NCBI GenBank assembly: GCA_005791575.1
Contig: SXWA01000078.1
Location: forward strand, 6,688 to 70,687
From: Planctomycetaceae bacterium
Lineage (GTDB): Bacteria; Planctomycetota; Planctomycetia; Pirellulales; UBA1268
Direction of reading: 5' to 3'
DNA: 64,000 bases
Part shown: in pieces, positions 37,801-46,340 of the stretch
Layout: each line of letters opens with the position of its first letter
How positions within the stretch are numbered: the stretch's first letter is position 1
The notes under the pieces: model-generated
What the model was told of the DNA's origin: nothing
The model's input: only the letters and a program-made list of their open reading frames with translations
The model's database searches: none
Program-made: the position numbers and the translations under genes

Positions 37801-39418
37801 ATCCGTACTGGCGGATGAGGTGATAGCCCTCGACGAGCTTCGCCGCGGGAGGCTCCGGAAAGCGGTCAGAGGGCTCGAGATCGACGACCTGATGGTGGCA
37901 CTTCAGGCAGCTCGATTCCTCGAATCGCTCGGGAAGCATCGGCAGGATCCAGTGGTGGTTGTTGAACCAGCCGTGCTCGTTGTGCCATTCGTGCCCTTCC
38001 TTCGGCGTGTTCGGGGTGTGCGATGCCCACTTGAAGCTCGTCGAACTTCCCTGCCCTTGATGGCAGATGGTGCAGCCGAACGACTGCATCGGGTGCGGGC
38101 TCGTCGAGCCGACGAACAGATCGAGCCGGGGGTGCGAGGCATAGGGCTGGGGCACGCCGCGTCGGACGGAGATTCCGACGGGGCGACCCCAGACGGGGGA
38201 ATCGAGCAGGGCATTGGCCACCATCGTCGTGCCGAGCGTGCGGCCACCCTCGACCGATTCGATCACGTCTCCGGTCTGGAGGCCGGCCACGGCCGCCGGC
38301 GATTCCCGGCGGACGAAGCTGACGGTCGGATCGTCGGCATCGAACAGGCCGCGATCGGCAAGATGGAATCCGTAGACCGCTTCGAGCCGTTGGTTCGCGT
38401 CGCTTGCCGACGCAGTGGCCGGCGAGGAGGCGGGGGTGGAGAGCTGGAGCGCGAGCGTCTGCTCGTGCGGATAGGCCGGGTCGAGGGGGGCTCCGGGTGC
38501 CGACTTCTCGATCCCCTTGTGGCACGTGGTGCACCGATCGAAGCGAGCGACGTCACGGAAATTGTTGTTGAGGGTGAGCTGCGGCAGCCAGAGCTGGTCG
38601 ACGCGGAGGGGGCCGTTGAACGCGTCGAGCACCGGCATTTCGAGGAGTGACTTGCCGTAATTCGGTGCCCGGTCTTTCACTGTCTTGGAGAGCTGGTCGA
38701 GCTGGAGCCGATGGTCGGCGAGAGCCTTTGCCGCGGCATCCTCGTCACGCGTGATGTCGCGGAGGATCGCCTCGAGTTCCTTGCGGTGCGTGTTGGCGGC
38801 CTGATTGGCCAACGTGGCGGCACCGACCTGCTCGCGCTTGCGATCGGCGAGTTTCAGCAGGGCATCGAGTCGCGACTCGCCGGCCCCGTCGGCGACCGCA
38901 AGTTCGTAGTCGGCGCGATTCTTGTCGAGCTCGGCCTTGCGCAGCTTGAGTTGGCCGGCGAGCAGGTCTTCACGGAAACGTGCTCTCTTGGCGATGTCGC
39001 GCATCCGGGCGAGGAGATCGCCGCGGATCGTCAGCCGCTGCTCGGCGACGGTCTGGGTGCGCAGCTGATCGACGTCGAGTTGCACGCGATCGGCTGCTTC
39101 GGCGTCCTCGTCGACGTCCCGCACGCGGGCGAGGAAGCGGTTGACGAGATCCGGGTCGATGTCGGCGCGGCGGGTGTCGGCGAGGGCGGTGGCCAGTTCC
39201 GCCGATCGGGCCTCGTAGTCGCTGGAGTCCTCCTCGTCGACGCGTGCCCGGGCCGACCAGGTCTCGAGCGCGCGGAACTCACGCTGGTACTTCTTCCAGG
39301 GTCGATTGTGATCGACGGCGAGCATCGCCACGGTGGCGGCGAGGAGCGCCACGGCGGTGAGCCCGAAGACAACGTGCAGAACCTTGAGGTCGCGCCAGGT
39401 CTGTTCTGTGGCAGGCAT
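34832..39418 (-). CDS. Giant membrane-anchored octahaem c-type cytochrome (TM anchor, coiled coil, PDZ-like segment, 8 CxxCH motifs)
   Basis: The 1528-aa ORF has an N-terminal TM helix and a coiled coil of about 230 aa. The CxxCH motifs are CTTCH, CTICH, CLKCH, CYGCH, CLACH, CSSCH, CGGCH and CVKCH. The last five lie in class-I-like modules that end in a Met-Pro ligand context (KMPRFF, IMPNVL, RMPQFPF, RMPKFNF, GMPVNIPF). A PDZ-like stretch is present (AAVAGLQTGDVIESVEGG). Confidence 0.9.
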   Translation of the reverse strand: MPATEQTWRDLKVLHVVFGLTAVALLAATVAMLAVDHNRPWKKYQREFRALETWSARARVDEEDSSDYEARSAELATALADTRRADIDPDLVNRFLARVRDVDEDAEAADRVQLDVDQLRTQTVAEQRLTIRGDLLARMRDIAKRARFREDLLAGQLKLRKAELDKNRADYELAVADGAGESRLDALLKLADRKREQVGAATLANQAANTHRKELEAILRDITRDEDAAAKALADHRLQLDQLSKTVKDRAPNYGKSLLEMPVLDAFNGPLRVDQLWLPQLTLNNNFRDVARFDRCTTCHKGIEKSAPGAPLDPAYPHEQTLALQLSTPASSPATASASDANQRLEAVYGFHLADRGLFDADDPTVSFVRRESPAAVAGLQTGDVIESVEGGRTLGTTMVANALLDSPVWGRPVGISVRRGVPQPYASHPRLDLFVGSTSPHPMQSFGCTICHQGQGSSTSFKWASHTPNTPKEGHEWHNEHGWFNNHHWILPMLPERFEESSCLKCHHQVVDLEPSDRFPEPPAAKLVEGYHLIRQYGCYGCHEINGWAGPDKRIGPDMRLAPNFHEVAAAVSADPALDSLDDGGMARRWADEVAHSPDGRQARERLRQVIERDAAAGADGVLAERTHQMATLLKDPETPGGLPKVGPSLRHVASKVGFDWLYSWLRNPQDFRPSTKMPRFFGLWEHLSGKGLEESQRYEPIEIRSMIAYLDSVSQPFDYVAPPAGITAAADVERGKKVVEVRGCLACHQHADFPGATSIHGPNLSRIGAKAASHPDGAKWLYSWLREPSRYHPRTIMPNVLLEPVKLADGTVSDPAADATAYLLRSTEEWNPRDIPAADSLTDGERAATAELALMYLKDRFPAARAERVLAEGLPSDQTVIQGDERMLVGMSGADRDARLLEYVGKKTIAKLACSSCHDIPGFEDAKAAGAALADWGRKESSKIAFEQVAHFVMHQIEHGRHGGAHADPHGNDLHGADPHGADLHGGALSGSHDADGAHGTTGPAGALLGEEPLAPDLAYGRVTDPHVSPESVDPDTGFFLEKLLAHEREGFLWQKLRAPRSYDYKKAENKTYNERYRMPQFPFDAKQREAVMTFVLGLVSEPPAAQYIHKPDPRDQARLDGLVVAERYNCGGCHALQMDRWDLRYRPESLGSATPPADYPFLSPHFTPDDVARSLTTDRQGRRLALVSGMPILDPTSGKPQFVDEDGVPIEDGDTESVPHLPVMLWKDVLVDGEPRAVGGQALQVPLDAVAAGRHYPARGGDLARLLFPTVIADEKQINPNVKADDAWGWLPPPLVGEGNKVQSGWLHRFLLNPQTIRPAAVLRMPKFNFHASEATALVNYFAAVDGSVFPYVYDARLDESSLAATEQAHPGHLDGAMKIVTNTNYCVKCHLVGSYSPPGNPKALAPQLAEVHERLRPDYVHNWIANPKRYLPYTGMPVNIPFDKPVSQDLYKGTSEQQVSALTDLLMHFDAFAKQQLSLEAYLRQAPAVPASDAPPAAEAKPAPAGASASSLPAAIAPIPLSGG
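36457..36516. repeat. 30-bp in-frame tandem duplication inside the octahaem cytochrome gene
   Basis: CATGCAGATCGGCACCGTGCGGATCGGCAC is followed by CATGCAGATCGTTACCGTGCGGATCGGCGT. On the - strand this encodes ADPHGNDLHG/ADPHGADLHG within a His-rich segment. Confidence 0.8.
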
Positions 39419-39507
39419 GGGGGAGCCGGGGGTGGTGCGGTGTGCGGGGCGGAATCGGCGTGTCGTCGGTCGGGATCAAGCCCCGGACCGTCGGGGAGAT
39501 GGCAGTG

Positions 39508-40833
39508 TCAGAAGTTGAGGGAAAACTCCGGAATGCTCACCAGGTACTTCAGGTTCATTGTCCAGCGGAGAACCATCTTCAGCGGCAGCGAGAGCATCAG
39601 CAGCATCAGATTCGCCATGATCATGTAGCGGATGAAACCCATCCGGGCGAAGAAGCCGCGGAACACCGTGACCGCCAGGAGCGGGGGAAGGATCAGCAGG
39701 TACGCACCCAGCAGGACCAGGCCCGGAGCCTCGCGGAGGAGGATGGTTCCGACTTGCGTGAGCGTCGATGCCCCCTGCGGCGCCCGGGGAAGGGGCCGAT
39801 CGAGGAGGTTCACCCAGAACATCTGCGGCAGGTCGACGTTGTTGAGCACCTCGACCTTGTAGGGACTCCAGTACTCGAACGGGCCGAAGAAGTTCCAGTT
39901 GGGTCCGCGGAGGAACGTCCCGAGGATGATCAGCGTGATCCACAATTCGAGAAACCCGAACTGAAAGGTCAGGTAGCTGAACTTCCGCTCGGCGATCGAG
40001 TAGTAGCCATTGCCCTTCTTGTTGAAATCGAGATAGGGCATCGCCATGAGGCCGAAGATCACGAGGCTCGGCAGCACGACGCCGGCGTACCACGGGTCGA
40101 AGTAGACGAGCATTTCCTGCAACCCGAGGAAGTACCACGGCGCCTTCGACGGATTCGGCGTCTTCACGCTCGACGCGGGTTCCTCCAGCGGCGCCGGCAG
40201 GAAGATCGCCCACGCCAGCAGGAACGCCGACACGGCGATCATGCAGATCAGCTCGGTGTAGACGAGATCCGGCCAGACGAGCACCTTCTCGTCGTCGAGT
40301 TTCTCCATCGGCGGCAGCCCCTGCGCGATCCGGTCGTCGTTGACGACCGCCTGCTTGGTGGCCACCCAGGTGAAAAACGCGAGCAGGAACACCAGACCGA
40401 CGATCGGTACGTTGTCGGGCTTCATGACGATCGAGGCGAAGTTCTCGTCCGCCATCGACAGCCCCATCAGGAGGAGCATCGCGTTGAGGATCGTCCACGC
40501 CACCATCGGCTTGACGAAAAAACGCCGGAAAACGAACAGCACCGTCAGCAGCGCCGTCGTCCCGAGCGTGTAGAGCACCGGGCCGGAGAGCTGGTTGACC
40601 AGCCCGCGGAGCCAGGCCGGCAGCGCGGGAACAAGGCCCGGAGACCCCGACAGCGCGAGGCTCGCGAGGATCATCATCACGCCGGCGAAGACGGTCCAGA
40701 CCAACGCCTGGGTCGGCTCTTTGGACCGCTTCCAGAGCAGGTAGCCGGCAACGCCGTTCATCACCGCGAGGGCCGTGTAGTACGACCCGAGGAAGCCGGC
40801 GACGTCCTTGAGGAACAACCCGTTGGAGTGCAT
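39508..40833 (-). CDS. Cytochrome b C-terminal-domain protein (subunit IV/PetD-like) extended by extra TM helices
   Basis: The 441-aa polytopic protein has a core WPDLVYTELICMIAV...PNPSKAPWYFLGLQEMLVYF that matches the PEWYFL-type motif of the cytochrome b C-terminal domain. Additional helices flank the core on both sides. Confidence 0.85.
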   Translation of the reverse strand: MHSNGLFLKDVAGFLGSYYTALAVMNGVAGYLLWKRSKEPTQALVWTVFAGVMMILASLALSGSPGLVPALPAWLRGLVNQLSGPVLYTLGTTALLTVLFVFRRFFVKPMVAWTILNAMLLLMGLSMADENFASIVMKPDNVPIVGLVFLLAFFTWVATKQAVVNDDRIAQGLPPMEKLDDEKVLVWPDLVYTELICMIAVSAFLLAWAIFLPAPLEEPASSVKTPNPSKAPWYFLGLQEMLVYFDPWYAGVVLPSLVIFGLMAMPYLDFNKKGNGYYSIAERKFSYLTFQFGFLELWITLIILGTFLRGPNWNFFGPFEYWSPYKVEVLNNVDLPQMFWVNLLDRPLPRAPQGASTLTQVGTILLREAPGLVLLGAYLLILPPLLAVTVFRGFFARMGFIRYMIMANLMLLMLSLPLKMVLRWTMNLKYLVSIPEFSLNF

Positions 40834-40842
40834 GGGATTGGG

Positions 40843-41616
40843 TCACAGCGGTCCGCTGATCCCGCCGTCCTTTCGTACGCGCCAGAAGTGGATCGCCAAC
40901 AACAATGCCACCGCCAGCGGGATCGCGATGCAGTGGAGCACGTAGAAGCGGTTGAGGGTCTCCTCGCCGACGAATCGCGCGCCGAGGAGGCCGAAACGGG
41001 CGTCTGATCCGTCGGTGATCATGTCGATCCCACCGACGGTGAGGAGCTGCTGGCCGGGACCCTCGTAGCCGAGGATCGGCGTCGCCCGGGCCATGTTCGA
41101 TCCGACCGTGATCGCCCAGATCGCCAACTGATCCCAGGGCAGCAGATACCCGGTGAACGACAGCAGGAGGGTGAGCAGCAGGAGGATCACCCCGATCACC
41201 CAGTTGAACTCGCGCGGGGGTTTGTAGCTCCCGGTGAGGAACACCCGGTACATGTGCAGCCAGGTGGTGATCACCATCGCATGGGCGCCCCAGCGGTGGA
41301 GTTCGCGGAGAATGCCGAGGCTGGTCACGTCGCGCAGGGCGAGGATGTCGTTGTAGGCCCACTCGAGCGTGGGCCGGTAGTAGAACATCAGCAGCACGCC
41401 GGTGACCGTTTCGACGAGAAACAGGAAGAACGTCACCCCTCCCATGCACCAGGTGAATGACAGGGCGATCCCCTGCTTTTTGATCGAAACCGGGTGGAGG
41501 TGGAGGAAGAAGTTGGTGAGCATCACCACGATCCGGTTCCGCCTGTCGAGCGGCATCGGATGGCGGAAGATGCTCTTCCAGATCTGGGAGTTACGGATCG
41601 TCTCGCCGATGGCCAT
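40843..41616 (-). CDS. Cytochrome b N-terminal domain protein (b6-like, 4 helices, bis-His haem ligands)
   Basis: The 257-aa ORF has [24 protein letters not shown] and [24 protein letters not shown], which supply the two His pairs. It also has [12 protein letters not shown]. Confidence 0.92.
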   Translation of the reverse strand: MAIGETIRNSQIWKSIFRHPMPLDRRNRIVVMLTNFFLHLHPVSIKKQGIALSFTWCMGGVTFFLFLVETVTGVLLMFYYRPTLEWAYNDILALRDVTSLGILRELHRWGAHAMVITTWLHMYRVFLTGSYKPPREFNWVIGVILLLLTLLLSFTGYLLPWDQLAIWAITVGSNMARATPILGYEGPGQQLLTVGGIDMITDGSDARFGLLGARFVGEETLNRFYVLHCIAIPLAVALLLAIHFWRVRKDGGISGPL

Positions 41617-41736
41617 GGCAGGAAAATCTCGCGGGGCTGTGGAACGCCGTGTATTCGGGTTGGGCCGTGTATTCGGGTTGGGCCGTGGCTTGTTTGACGG
41701 GGCTCGGATTCAAGGACGGATCGGGCAGCCCGGCCG

Positions 41737-42912
41737 TCACACGGGCACGAACGACGACGGGTCGTTCCACTGGCCCAACTCCTCCTGGAAGGCACGGCTC
41801 TTGTCGACTTCGAGTTGCCCGTCATCAGCGATCTTGATCGCGTAGCGCTCCAGCGGCCGCGGTGCCGGCCCTTCGAAGTTGACGCCGTCCTTGTAGAACC
41901 CACTGCCGTGGCAGGGGCACTTGAATTTCTGCTCCGCCTCGAGCCAGTTCGGGGTGCATCCGAGGTGGGTGCAGACCGTCTTGAGCGCGTAGATCTGCTG
42001 CTGACCGCCGATGTCGCTGTTGACCACCCAGACACCGAATTGGGCGACGTACTTCGTCTCGACCTTCCCGACGGGGAATCCATCCTTGAAGCCGACCTTG
42101 AAGCGGCTTGGTGGTTCGGCCAGCACGTTGGGGAACATAAACCGTGCCAGCCCAAGGGAAAACAGACCGCCCGTCACCGACAGCGACGTGAAGCCGAGTG
42201 CCATGAACGACCCGAGTGCCATCGAGAGGAAACCCCGACGGTCGGCCTCGTCGTCGGCTGCCTTCGCCGCCGCTTTTGCGGGCCGCGTCGGCATCGGTGG
42301 GGCCGTTTTCAGCGCCGCGGTTTTGGTCGCAACCGGCTTCGCGGCAGCGTCTTGCCCCGCCGAGGCCCCTTTCGGCGCGTCCGGTTTTCCCGACGGGCGC
42401 GTGGACTCCGCGAGGAGCGTCTTGACCGCAGCCGGCGCGTCGGCCTTGCTGACCGGTCCGGGCTTCGCCCCCGCCCGGGCGGCTGCGAGGATGCTCGCGG
42501 TGTCGCGGGGCGCTGACGCCTTCGCCGGTCCGCCGCTGGCGGCGGGCTTCGTTGCAGCAGCCGGTTTTGCCGCGGCCGGCTTCGCCGCCGGTGCCTTGGG
42601 TGCCGGCTTCGCCGCGGCCTGCTCTTCGGCTACAGAACTTGCTCCATCGGCCTTCTTCGCCCGCGCCAGGGCCATGATCTCCGCCACGCTCGGGCGTCCA
42701 CCGGACGCAGCCGGCTTCGCCGCGGGCTTCGGGGCCGATGGCCGCTCGGCGGGGAGCGGTGCGTCCGCCGCGTCGGACTCCGGGGTGGCGCTGGCTCCGG
42801 GAGCCGGTGCGGATGCGGCAGACTCCGCCGGCGCCGCGGGCGCGGCCCCACCCTTTTCGGCCCGGGCGGCCGCGAGGATCTCCGCAACGGTCATCTTCTT
42901 CTTTTCAGCCAT
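41737..42912 (-). CDS. Rieske [2Fe-2S] protein with an Ala/Pro/Lys-rich N-terminal extension of about 230 aa
   Basis: The 391-aa ORF has cluster-binding boxes CTHLGC and CPCHGSGF near the C-terminus. A TM helix (FLSMALGSFMALGFTSLSV) precedes them. The N-terminal extension is low complexity with a thrice-repeated motif. Confidence 0.9.
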   Translation of the reverse strand: MAEKKKMTVAEILAAARAEKGGAAPAAPAESAASAPAPGASATPESDAADAPLPAERPSAPKPAAKPAASGGRPSVAEIMALARAKKADGASSVAEEQAAAKPAPKAPAAKPAAAKPAAATKPAASGGPAKASAPRDTASILAAARAGAKPGPVSKADAPAAVKTLLAESTRPSGKPDAPKGASAGQDAAAKPVATKTAALKTAPPMPTRPAKAAAKAADDEADRRGFLSMALGSFMALGFTSLSVTGGLFSLGLARFMFPNVLAEPPSRFKVGFKDGFPVGKVETKYVAQFGVWVVNSDIGGQQQIYALKTVCTHLGCTPNWLEAEQKFKCPCHGSGFYKDGVNFEGPAPRPLERYAIKIADDGQLEVDKSRAFQEELGQWNDPSSFVPV

Positions 42913-43586
42913 CGCCGTGTTCCGCGTTTCGGGGTGTTGCTCAGCCTGATTTCAGGTTGCTGGTCAGCGTGTCGTCAGAGATGGTTTCACGACGGGGTCT
43001 GTTTGGGGCCGGGATCCCGTTCGGGTCATGTCTGCCGCTGCTTCGCGCCCAACGCCTGCCGGGGACACTGCCCGCGACCTGATCGATGCCCTTGATCTGA
43101 ACGCTACCGGTGGCCTGATCGATGATCGCGCGTACGCAACTCGGCCGCTCCGCACCGCGTAGTCTGTTCACAGGAGGGCCGATCCGTCCATGCGTCGTCT
43201 GCTCCGGCGGTGCAACAGCGCCAAAAGCGATGTTTCGATTTCGGAATGGAGGAGCCTGAAAAGCCGCGCCACCCAGAAGTTCCGCCGTGCTGCTTTCCGC
43301 TCCTTCACTTTTTCCAGGGGCCATCGCGAACCGTGAGCAAAGGCCGCCGGGCGAGCGGGCCGGGCCACAGCACAAGCACGCCGTTGCCACATGCACCGCT
43401 CGCGATCGGGCGATCCGGAGGTCCCACGAACGGTGGCAGGGCCTGAGCGGGGCAAGGTTTGGAGATCGATCCGTGGCCGATGGTTCCGGACTGATACCGC
43501 ACCTCGTTTCCAACCACCCGCAAGCCACCCCTCCCCCTCCCCTGATCGATCGGCAAAAATGAGAAAAACATCGAGCGTGAGATAGG

Positions 43587-43650
43587 TTCGTGATTTTTTT
43601 CACGAACTTCTCTACTGTATCGGTTGCATGGTTTTTGTCAACCTTTGACG
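43587..43650. promoter_or_regulatory. AT-rich island with palindromes and a sigma70-like -35/-10 pair on the - strand
   Basis: A hairpin TTCGTGA-tttttt-TCACGAA lies at 43587-43606. On the - strand, TTGACA (43641-43636) is followed by a 16-nt spacer and TACAGT (43619-43614). A palindrome GTCAAcctTTGAC lies at about 43637-43649. This is the only clearly low-GC spot in the window. Confidence 0.3.
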
Positions 43651-43924
43651 CCGCTGCCCCCCAGCCCTGCCGCGGGGCATCGCCGACGTCGAAGGGGAGG
43701 CTCGGATTGGGACGGTTCGAGCGGTTTTCCGGATTGGGAACCAATCCGCTTGAGCCGCCCCGGGGCCTTCCCGACAATCCTGCGTCGCCTTGGCCCTGCG
43801 CGCCTCGGCGCCGACTGGAGCAGCCGTGCCGGTTCCCGGGGGCGGGGTCCGTTCCGGAACTGGCCTGCCGGCTTTCGCGCCGATCAGGCTGTCGACCGTT
43901 CCCTCCGCTGAAGGTGGATCCGCC

Positions 43925-45241
43925 GTGGCCGAAGCCTCCCGTCGCGTGCTCATCGTCGGGAGCGGGGGGCGTGAGCATGCCCTCGCCTGGAAACTCGCGG
44001 CGGACGGTGCCGAGGTGTTTACAGCACCCGGCAATGCCGGCACCGCGGCGGTGGGCACGAATCTCGACTGCGCGGCCACCGACATCCCGGCACTGGTCCG
44101 CCACGCCGGGGAGCAGGGCATCGACCTCACCGTGGTGGGGCCGGAGGCACCGCTCGTCGCCGGCATCGCCGATGCCTTCGTCAGCGCCGGCCTGCGGATC
44201 TTCGGTCCGTCGCGGGCTGCGGCCCGGATCGAGGGCAGCAAGCTGTTTTGCAAGCAGATCCTCCGTCGGGGCGACGTGCCCACGGGGATGTTCGAGTCGT
44301 TCTCCGGGCCCGCACGGGCGCGTGAGTTCATCGAGGCCCGCGAGGAAGTACCGGTCGTGGTCAAGGCCGATGGCTTGGCGGCCGGCAAGGGGGTGTTCGT
44401 CTGCAATGACCGGGCCACGGCCCTTGCCGCGATCGATGCCCTGGCGGCCGACCCGGTTCTCTCCCGCGGCGGCATCCTCATCGAGGAGCGGCTCGACGGT
44501 GTCGAAGTGAGCGTGATGGCGATCACCGACGGCCGCACGATCGTGACGCTGCCGCCGGTGCAGGACCACAAGGCCGCCTTCGACGGCGACACCGGGCCGA
44601 ACACCGGTGGGATGGGAGCCTACAGCCCGACCCCGTTCGTGGGTGCCGACCAGCTCGCCGAGATCGAGTCGCGGATCCTCGTGCCGACCGTGCACGCCAT
44701 GCGGCGGGCCAAGGTGTCGTTCCAGGGGGTGTTGTTCGCCGGGCTGATGCTCACGGCGCAGGGCCCCAAGGTGCTCGAGTTCAACGCGCGGTTCGGCGAC
44801 CCCGAGTGCCAGACCCTCCTCTCCCTCCTCGACTCGAGTCTCTGGGAGCTCCTCGACGCCGCCGCCAGCCGACGCCTCGAGGAGGTCGATCCACCAGCGT
44901 GGCGGCAGGGCGCCGCGGTCACGGTCGTCATGGCTTCGGAGGGCTATCCCGGAGCGGTCACGAAGGGGTTGCCGATCCGCGGGCTCGGAGCCGCGGCCGC
45001 GGTACCGGGCGTGCACGTGTTCCATGCCGCGACGCGCGGCGCCGGCGGCGCGGTCTTCAGTGACGGCGGGAGGACGATCGCCGTCACCGGGGTGGACGAA
45101 ACCCTCGCCCGCGCCAAGCTCCGGGCCTACACCGCCGTCCGCGAGATCCGCTGGCCGGGGGCGTGGTGCCGCAAGGACATCGCCGACAAAGGGCTCCATG
45201 AAGAGCGCGCCCGCGCGGCTGCGGCCGGGGATTCGGCATGA
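43925..45241 (+). CDS. purD: Phosphoribosylamine-glycine ligase
   Basis: The sequence reads RVLIVGSGGREHALAWKL..., VVVKADGLAAGKGV, GPNTGGMGAYSP and VLEFNARFGDPE. The probable GTG start at 43925 is preceded by a GAAGGTGGA ribosome-binding site. The track ORF starts at 43790, but its first 45 codons look non-coding. Confidence 0.93.
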   Translation: MAEASRRVLIVGSGGREHALAWKLAADGAEVFTAPGNAGTAAVGTNLDCAATDIPALVRHAGEQGIDLTVVGPEAPLVAGIADAFVSAGLRIFGPSRAAARIEGSKLFCKQILRRGDVPTGMFESFSGPARAREFIEAREEVPVVVKADGLAAGKGVFVCNDRATALAAIDALAADPVLSRGGILIEERLDGVEVSVMAITDGRTIVTLPPVQDHKAAFDGDTGPNTGGMGAYSPTPFVGADQLAEIESRILVPTVHAMRRAKVSFQGVLFAGLMLTAQGPKVLEFNARFGDPECQTLLSLLDSSLWELLDAAASRRLEEVDPPAWRQGAAVTVVMASEGYPGAVTKGLPIRGLGAAAAVPGVHVFHAATRGAGGAVFSDGGRTIAVTGVDETLARAKLRAYTAVREIRWPGAWCRKDIADKGLHEERARAAAAGDSA

Positions 45242-46263
45242 GGCTGCGGGCAGGCATCGTCGGCTTGGGGAGCCAGTGGGAGTCGCGGTATCTGCCGGCC
45301 CTGCGCTCGTTGGCCGACCGCTTCGAGGTGCGGGTGGTCTGCGAGCAGGTGGCCCATCTCGCCCGGCGCGCAGCCAACGAGTTCAACGCGGTGCCGATCG
45401 ACGGGTTCCGGGCCCTCGCCGCCCGCGCCGACATCGACGTCGTGCTGTTCCTCGGCGAGCAGTGGTATGGCACCGCACCCGTCGAGGCGGCGTGCGCCGC
45501 GGGCAAGGCCGTCTACACCGCCATCGGCCTGCCGGTCGATCCGTTGGAGGCCGAGACGCTGCGCACACGGATCGAGCACTCGGGGGTGGCGTTCATGGCC
45601 GAACTTCCCCGCCGCCACGCCCCCGCGACCGTCCGCCTCAAGGAGCTCGTGGCGACACGCCTCGGGCAGCCGCGGATGCTGTTCTGCCACCGCCGCGTGC
45701 CGCTCTCGGGCACGACCGCCGCCGGTGGCGCTCGCGAGCGGGCCGACGAGATCCGCGACCTCATGGAACTCGTCGACTGGTGCCGCTATGTGCAGGGCAG
45801 CGATCCGACCAGCGTGGTCGCGGTCCGCCACGCCGAGAGCCCGGGGGGCGAGACCGACGACTACCGGATGATGAGCCTCGACTTCACCCCTTCGGGACGA
45901 TCGGGCGACGGGTCGATCGCGCAGATCAGTTGTGGCTACTACATGCCGCGCTGCTGGGAGGAGGCGGTGGGCTTCCGACCGCCACCGGCGCTGCAGGTGG
46001 TCTGTGCCCACGGCATCGCCTTCGTCGACCTGCCCGCCAGCCTCGTCTGGTTCGACACCGCCGGCCGGCACCAGGAGTCGCTCGAGTCTGATCGACCCGT
46101 CGGGGAGCAGATGCTGCTCCAGTTCCATCGCACCGTCACCAGCCTGGTGCGTCGTGTGAGCGGCCTCGACGACACGCTGGCAGCGATGCGGATCGTTGCC
46201 GCCGCCGACACCAGCGCCCGGGAAGGGCGTCGTGTGCCGCTGCCGGGCGCCGCCCCGGGCTGA
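45238..46263 (+). CDS. Gfo/Idh/MocA-family oxidoreductase
   Basis: The 341-aa ORF has an N-terminal Rossmann-like MRLRAGIVGLGSQWESRYLPAL. Its length and layout are typical of the family. The ATG overlaps the purD stop (ATGA). Confidence 0.8.
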   Translation: MRLRAGIVGLGSQWESRYLPALRSLADRFEVRVVCEQVAHLARRAANEFNAVPIDGFRALAARADIDVVLFLGEQWYGTAPVEAACAAGKAVYTAIGLPVDPLEAETLRTRIEHSGVAFMAELPRRHAPATVRLKELVATRLGQPRMLFCHRRVPLSGTTAAGGARERADEIRDLMELVDWCRYVQGSDPTSVVAVRHAESPGGETDDYRMMSLDFTPSGRSGDGSIAQISCGYYMPRCWEEAVGFRPPPALQVVCAHGIAFVDLPASLVWFDTAGRHQESLESDRPVGEQMLLQFHRTVTSLVRRVSGLDDTLAAMRIVAAADTSAREGRRVPLPGAAPG

Positions 46264-46340
46264 CGGGCTTCCGGGTGATCGCCCGGCGCGTGCGACGGGG
46301 TGCTGGCGCTGTGCACGGCCGCGTCGGGAACCGGCCGGTG

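Noticed and set aside
36659-41007. Long + strand ORFs (36659-38650 at 663 aa, 39442-41007 at 521 aa)
   Set aside because: They are antisense to the octahaem cytochrome and the cytochrome b-C genes. Their translations are dominated by Arg, Gly, Glu, Asp and His, with no hydrophobic structure or motifs.
42941-43560. RNase P RNA, tmRNA, SRP RNA or 6S RNA in the long non-coding stretch
   Set aside because: I could not find the hallmark boxes. These are GAGGAAAGUCCGG for RNase P, a tRNA-like end plus tag ORF for tmRNA, and GGAAGCAGCC-type helix 8 for SRP. The question is left open as a finding rather than an annotation.
43640-43924. A ZTP (pfl) or purine-type riboswitch upstream of purD
   Set aside because: I looked for the conserved GGGUCGUGACUGGCG ... 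CCGCCUGGGC elements. Only a loose CGACTGG and no matching 3' pseudoknot sequence were found, so there is no support from reading alone. A covariance-model scan would be decisive.
42941-45199. A 752-aa ORF on the - strand, one of the longest in the track
   Set aside because: It is antisense to purD, whose translation carries unmistakable PurD motifs. Its own translation is Arg/Gly/Pro-rich with no recognisable domain. This is the typical high-GC antisense open frame.
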